Translations under genes and position numbers: made by a program
Shown here: piece after piece, positions 63,818 to 64,000 of the stretch
How the letters are laid out: each line of letters starts with the position of its first letter
Position numbering within the stretch: position 1 is the first letter of the stretch
Assembly (NCBI RefSeq): GCF_037042905.1
Contig: NC_087251.1
Location: forward strand, 14,262,001-14,326,000
DNA: 64,000 bases
Direction: 5' to 3'
DNA from: Lytechinus pictus
Lineage: Eukaryota
Notes under the pieces: model-generated
Database searches by the model: none
Told to the model about the DNA's origin: nothing
The model's input: the letters and a program-made list of their open reading frames with translations, nothing else

Positions 63818-64000
63818 ATGATACCCCCGCCAAACGAAGTTTGAAGGAATATAGGAATCAGTCGGTCCGTTGCAAATCGTGCGCATCGAACTTCTTCCTC
63901 AGTTTTTGACCAATTTTCATGAAACTTGGAACACATATTGGTGTTTGGGTGAAGATGTACAAGACAGACTTTTCGCATATGTCGGAAATTATGTTGCCAT
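63818..64000 (+). mobile_element. Start of a probable HINE/pearl-like element
   Basis: TACCCCCGCCAAACGAAGTTTG hairpin, GTCGGTCCGT and TTTTCATGAAACTTGG core typical of such elements; cut off by the window edge. Confidence 0.45.

Overview
AT-rich, intron-rich animal genomic DNA; the repeat landscape suggests an echinoderm such as a sea urchin (inference). It holds two convergent protein-coding genes. (1) POMT2 (protein O-mannosyltransferase 2) on +: 17 coding exons from 7281 to the stop at 35968, 1990 coding nt, with the N-terminal exon(s) upstream of the window. (2) On -, a giant multi-domain neuroglobin-like 'polyglobin': 20 exons from 63296 down to the stop at 43665. They splice into one open frame of about 1489 aa with at least 10 tandem globin domains, and the gene runs off the right edge. 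The repeating module has two exons (B12.2-G7.0, and G7.0-linker-next B12.2) with no bridge intron. The upstream domains are near-identical recent duplicates with mosaic introns. The downstream domains are diverged and include haem-pocket substitutions. Introns and the intergenic region carry many transposon relics: a four-level nest (HINE > TTAA MITE > 2-kb foldback MITE > 39-bp hAT-like micro-hairpin), two inversion isomers of a long-TIR foldback element, a satellite-filled TTAA element, a Rex/Babar-like LINE inside an older LINE, and a palindromic Penelope-like pLTR pair with two degenerate hammerhead-ribozyme motifs. All coordinates were read by eye; no searches were run.
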